Part shown: in pieces, positions 59,788-64,000 of the stretch
Numbering within the stretch: the stretch's first letter is position 1
Layout: each line of letters starts with the position of its first letter
Assembly: GCA_051294905.1 (NCBI GenBank)
Contig: CM119375.1
Location: 2,852,001-2,916,000 of the forward strand
Source: Botryllus schlosseri
Taxonomy: Eukaryota
Direction: 5' to 3'
Length of the DNA stretch: 64,000 nt
Notes under the pieces: model-generated
What the model was told of the DNA's origin: nothing
Databases searched by the model: none
What the model saw: the letters and a program-made list of their open reading frames with translations, nothing else
Program-made: the position numbers and the translations under genes

Positions 59788-62532
59788 ATCCATTTTACTT
59801 ATCCTGACGACGGGCTAACTTGCCTCTCCTGACCGCCAGCCTCTCAATCATCTAAACAAATGCTGCTAAAAGAGCAGAATAAAGATCAAGTCGTACAAAT
59901 ATATATAAAATTTATTTCTCGCTACAAATCGCAAAAACTCGGAGCAAAATACAAAACAAGTTCTAATTCACTAACATGCGAAACGCCGAATCCATAAGTT
60001 CAGACGTGCCTCGTAAGTTGATCAGTATAGCCCAAATATTAATGCTAGAAATTTTGAAAATTGAACAACCCACGAAGCAGGTTAACGAATTGACAAAAGA
60101 AAAATTGTGTGCGATTCACGATCATGCTGTGCCATTCAAATGAGCGCTGTATTACAAGACTACGAATCATTATAGGATGATATAGCAATAGAACATTCAT
60201 ATAAGCATTAATTACCATGACCACTGACCAAGGTAACTGATTGCCCAGCAATTTGTAGAAATGTACAGCAAAGTCCAATACAGTGAAGTCTAGTAGCAAC
60301 AAGTCTAGACTACAGCGCTACTTTGGATAATAATCAACGAGTTCAGGGCAAAGCTCGTCACAAGCTATAATTTGACCTTGCTATTGACGCCGCAGTCATG
60401 TCATTGAGATTTATCGCATTTTTTGTGACGACACTGGTTTACAGAAAGCTTCCGCATGGCCGCAGTCAAAACATTACGTCTTTAATTAGCTAGTCGAGCA
60501 TCGACTGGAAATATGCCCGGTGGTTAATGGTTAACACTTAAACCAGGGTGAATGCTTATCAGAAAAACGAGACACAATGGCACTGTACTATACGAATACC
60601 GTAGTGTTATTCTGACACAACAATATTTAGTGGTTTTTGAATCCGAAATTAGTCCTTGTTCGCCATCTACTTTCAATATATGTGTCCTAATTATTGGTTT
60701 TACTTTTCGAAGATCCGTGCTGGTATGTCAAAACGCTCTTTAACAACTAGGCGCAGTTATAGCTTGAGATATTCTGAAACTTTCAGATCATGACACGAGG
60801 CCGCTGTACGTTAAACATCGATTTCAATCCCGGCCTTGAGTAAATCGGTTGATGGATATCTCGATATTTATCATTATTTTATTTTCGATGACGTAGCGAC
60901 GCAATCCATATAGTGTTGACATCGCAATTTAATGCAATAACACAGATTTTACGATTGGACGTACGTAAGCCCTAAGCATGGTTCTCGCATCAGTGGTTAT
61001 GCACTGATCGAGATGCTATTGACGATGCTGATAGCTTCACGAGCCCCTGGATTGAATGTATGGCCCATAGTTGAAGATGATACTAAGTAAGTAGCTTCAA
61101 TTTGCTATAAAATACCTAATTTGTTACGTGCAAAAAGCCTCCCTATTTACAAACAGTATACTCGATACATTTATGTACAAAAAACGTCGCAGAAATAGCA
61201 ATAGGCCTATGAGGGTAAAATGAAATCTATACTATACCGCCATACTATAATTACAGCATAACGACACGAGCTACAAGGTCTACATTGGCAACTTGACGCC
61301 GGATATATACACAGAAACCTAATGACATAATACAGTGAATTATTGGCTTTGAAACACGTACGTAGAAACTAGCACAGTTGATATTGATCAAGACAAGTGA
61401 TATATCTCATTTATTATCTCATTTATATCTCATTTATTGAGCGGCCATCAAATCTATCTCCCGTTCCGGACATATTCTGAATCAACCGGACTTTTATCAG
61501 TGCTATGACATGACATTTGGAGGCCGTTCACTTACGTCTAATTAGCTATTTACAACTCTTATTTGACCTATAACAATTCGCTAAGGTGGAATTTTCTACA
61601 TAAACGCAACATTTCTATTAAACATAGCGTCACAGTGGAGATTGAGCGTGCCTTATTGTTTCGTTCTACGTAAGAGACACTCTACAACAAATCGGTACTT
61701 TCTACGGAGGGTATATAACACTGAATTAAAAGATATGTATTCGCCTGCGCGATTAACAAACGACAGCTATACAAATAGGAATCAAATCAAATAGGAATGC
61801 TGAAAATCACCACAGGATGTCACAAATTAAGCCGAAATGCTGGAGTCAAATCATTAAAAAGGGTAATTTGTTGCACAAAAACGACAACGATTTCATAAAT
61901 TATAGTGTTTTTCCTCGATGTTCTGCGCATTGATAAATACTGTTAAAGGTGACGGAGAATGAGAACTCTAATGTTTACTGCGCCATTAACCCTGATGCCA
62001 TACGAGTCATAGCTTGATTACGATGGTACAGCTATCATATCGATTTTGATTGAGGTTATTAAGAAATCAAGTTTATATAAAATGCAATTTTCTCGAATTG
62101 GCTTCCGACAAAACGGATGTGTTCTCAAATTGACTCATTACACGCGCGTTTATCTCGTCGTAAGTCGAGAGTAAATAGCTACTGATCAAAGAGAGTTAGT
62201 ACGTATAATCGCGGACGAATATGTTATAAATACAAACACGAAACGTTGTTATTCGGCACGAAATTCGTAACCGCAAGGCGGACCTGTCTGCGGTCTGCCT
62301 GTATCGTGTCATTTACGGAATTAGAAGCACGAGGCGTTTCGAAATGCACATATAATTAGTCTTCTTGATAAATATATTGAACTGCGCTTATGTATTAGGA
62401 CATTTGCAACGCAGCCTCGAATTATCGAGCGATACGAGGCGATTATTTGAAAGGTTAGGCGACGTAAGTGTCGCAATTGACCTAAAAAAGAATTAAATAA
62501 GCGACTTGGAAGAGCTTGTCCAGTCAATTTCC

Positions 62533-64000
62533 TCATTCGTACGCCATGATGATCTTGCTGAAGGGAGTGAAAATCCCGCGGTTCGGAGAACTGTCGAAAA
62601 GAGAGAGAGCTGAAGACTGAAAAATTTGGGTTTGCGTCCGGGGATCGGAAATACGAATACGAGGAGTACCATTAGGAGTTCCAAAATCGAGTATACCTGC
62701 ATAATTTGAATCCGAATATAGTATTAGGTTAGAGTATGACACGTTATAATGTCATTACAGTATGGCTGGTGTGGAATTTCAAATATGTGCGTTATATGCG
62801 ACCACAAACAAAATAACGCCAGTTTTACATCGCATGAAGATAATATATCTTTATCGCCGAGATTGATAACCGTTGAACTTACCAGCTAAAATACTTCACT
62901 CCCTGGAAAGTCCCGCAATGTTTCCCGTCTGGATTAAAAACACAATTTGAGGTATACATAGGGTAGAAATGAAATGATTTCACAAAGTTAAAATCCAAAA
63001 CCGACTGATTGGTAGAGCTGGGGAGTATTAAAATCCCTCATAAATGACCATACGCTGAATCGATGCAATGTTCTAGATGTCTAACACTAGACCTACGATA
63101 TTTTGAGCAACCAAAAAGAGGACAGTTTTTGCCGTCAAGTAAAACGAAATTACATTGTTACGTTTGAGTTTGACGATCTTTTTCACTTCTCTGATAGTTG
63201 CAAGGAAAAGTTACAAGAATAATAAATCAAATTTCGTTCTCAAATTCCGCCCCCATGAATACTTCGCGGTTCCCCTAACTTTTGCCGAAAAGGAATGATC
63301 ATTTACAACGACTTTGTTAATTTATGTACACAAAATATCATTTAAATTATTATACATATTGCATACGTCAAGATGCACGGAACTGATCCAACTCTATATC
63401 CGTTAAGTTGGAAGTTGCGCTCGAAAAATTGCGACAGATCCCCGCATGTAAAAAGGCTCAGATGTTACGGAGAACGCCGAACAATGGAACGCCGAACAAT
63501 GTTTGCAATAACAATTAGGCAGGCTGGTAGGACAATTTGTTGAAAAACCGTTTTTAAACCAGCAATTCAGCATGATTCATGGCTACAGTATTTTTTTGGA
63601 AAGAAATACGACGTCCCGCATTAAAGTCTTGTTGAAAGTATAAACAATTAAATCGAGATCCGGGAAAAAGGGACGTCTGGGCACTTTTTGAGCGTCCACG
63701 GAGGACCATGCACTTTTCTCGACAAAAAAGGACAAATTCTTCCAAAAGAGGACATATCATAAGCCTAATTAACTCTGCTACTGGGGACGCCGCTGTGGAA
63801 CGCGTAAAATCAATTATATAGCTCTCTTCGTCACAGACTCCGCGGTAATATCTAGCTTGATGGTTGCACTATCAACTGTCTCAACTTACCGAGGTCGTCA
63901 GATTCGACGCCCACGAACACTTCGGACCTCCCCGGCAAGTGACCGACGTACTTCACATTGCCACGGCTCATCTTGCCGCCCGGTCTCGTGAACTTGATGG
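62533..64000 (-). CDS. 3' end of a gene encoding a C-terminal CAP-Gly domain; exons 64000(partial)-63890, 62928-62883, 62590-62533
   Basis: Spliced product ..IKFTRPGGKMSRGNVKYVGHLPGRSEVFVGVESDDLDGKHCGTFQGVKYFSCSPNRGIFTPFSKIIMAYE*. Both donors are GTAAGT; acceptors ttaatccag and ttttcgacag; phases 1 and 2 are consistent. Confidence 0.88.

Noticed and set aside
62493-62742. ORFs VYSILELLMVLLVFVFP (TM-like) and the 69-aa ORF
   Set aside because: Only 62590-62533 is exon (CAP-Gly C-terminus); the remainder is intron and polypyrimidine tract.

Overview
AT-rich, repeat-dense eukaryotic DNA, most likely from a tunicate (ascidian). This is an inference: a classical cadherin with 5 EC repeats and no EGF/LamG module points to vertebrates or urochordates, while short introns, a 2-exon INTS3 and a MOLO-1-like gene argue against a vertebrate. 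Protein-coding genes I can support, several assembled by hand from splice signals and missed by the ORF track: (1) 5' end of a BTB/Kelch-like paralog running off the left edge (-); (2) a BTB-BACK-BACK-Kelch gene (-); (3) INTS3 with a single intron (-); (4) a classical cadherin with an intronless CDS and no prodomain (+); (5) a 190-aa secreted Cys-rich VWC/PSP94-like orphan with 3 coding exons (-); (6) a 4-exon 292-aa MOLO-1/TPM-family single-pass membrane protein (-); (7) the last 3 exons of a CAP-Gly protein at the right edge (-). There is one intact tRNA-Asp(GTC). The rest is largely mobile DNA: 8 copies of one CR1/L2-group LINE 3' end, several hAT-type MITE families (four with perfect 8-bp TSDs in the palindrome-rich and TAGGG families, listed below), a hAT transposase remnant, tRNA-derived SINEs and nested insertions. 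The most unusual structure is the intact tRNA-Asp fused through a shared T-tract to the LINE 3'UTR, with the whole unit lying between the two ends of a hAT MITE. No CRISPR, rRNA or prokaryotic features were seen.
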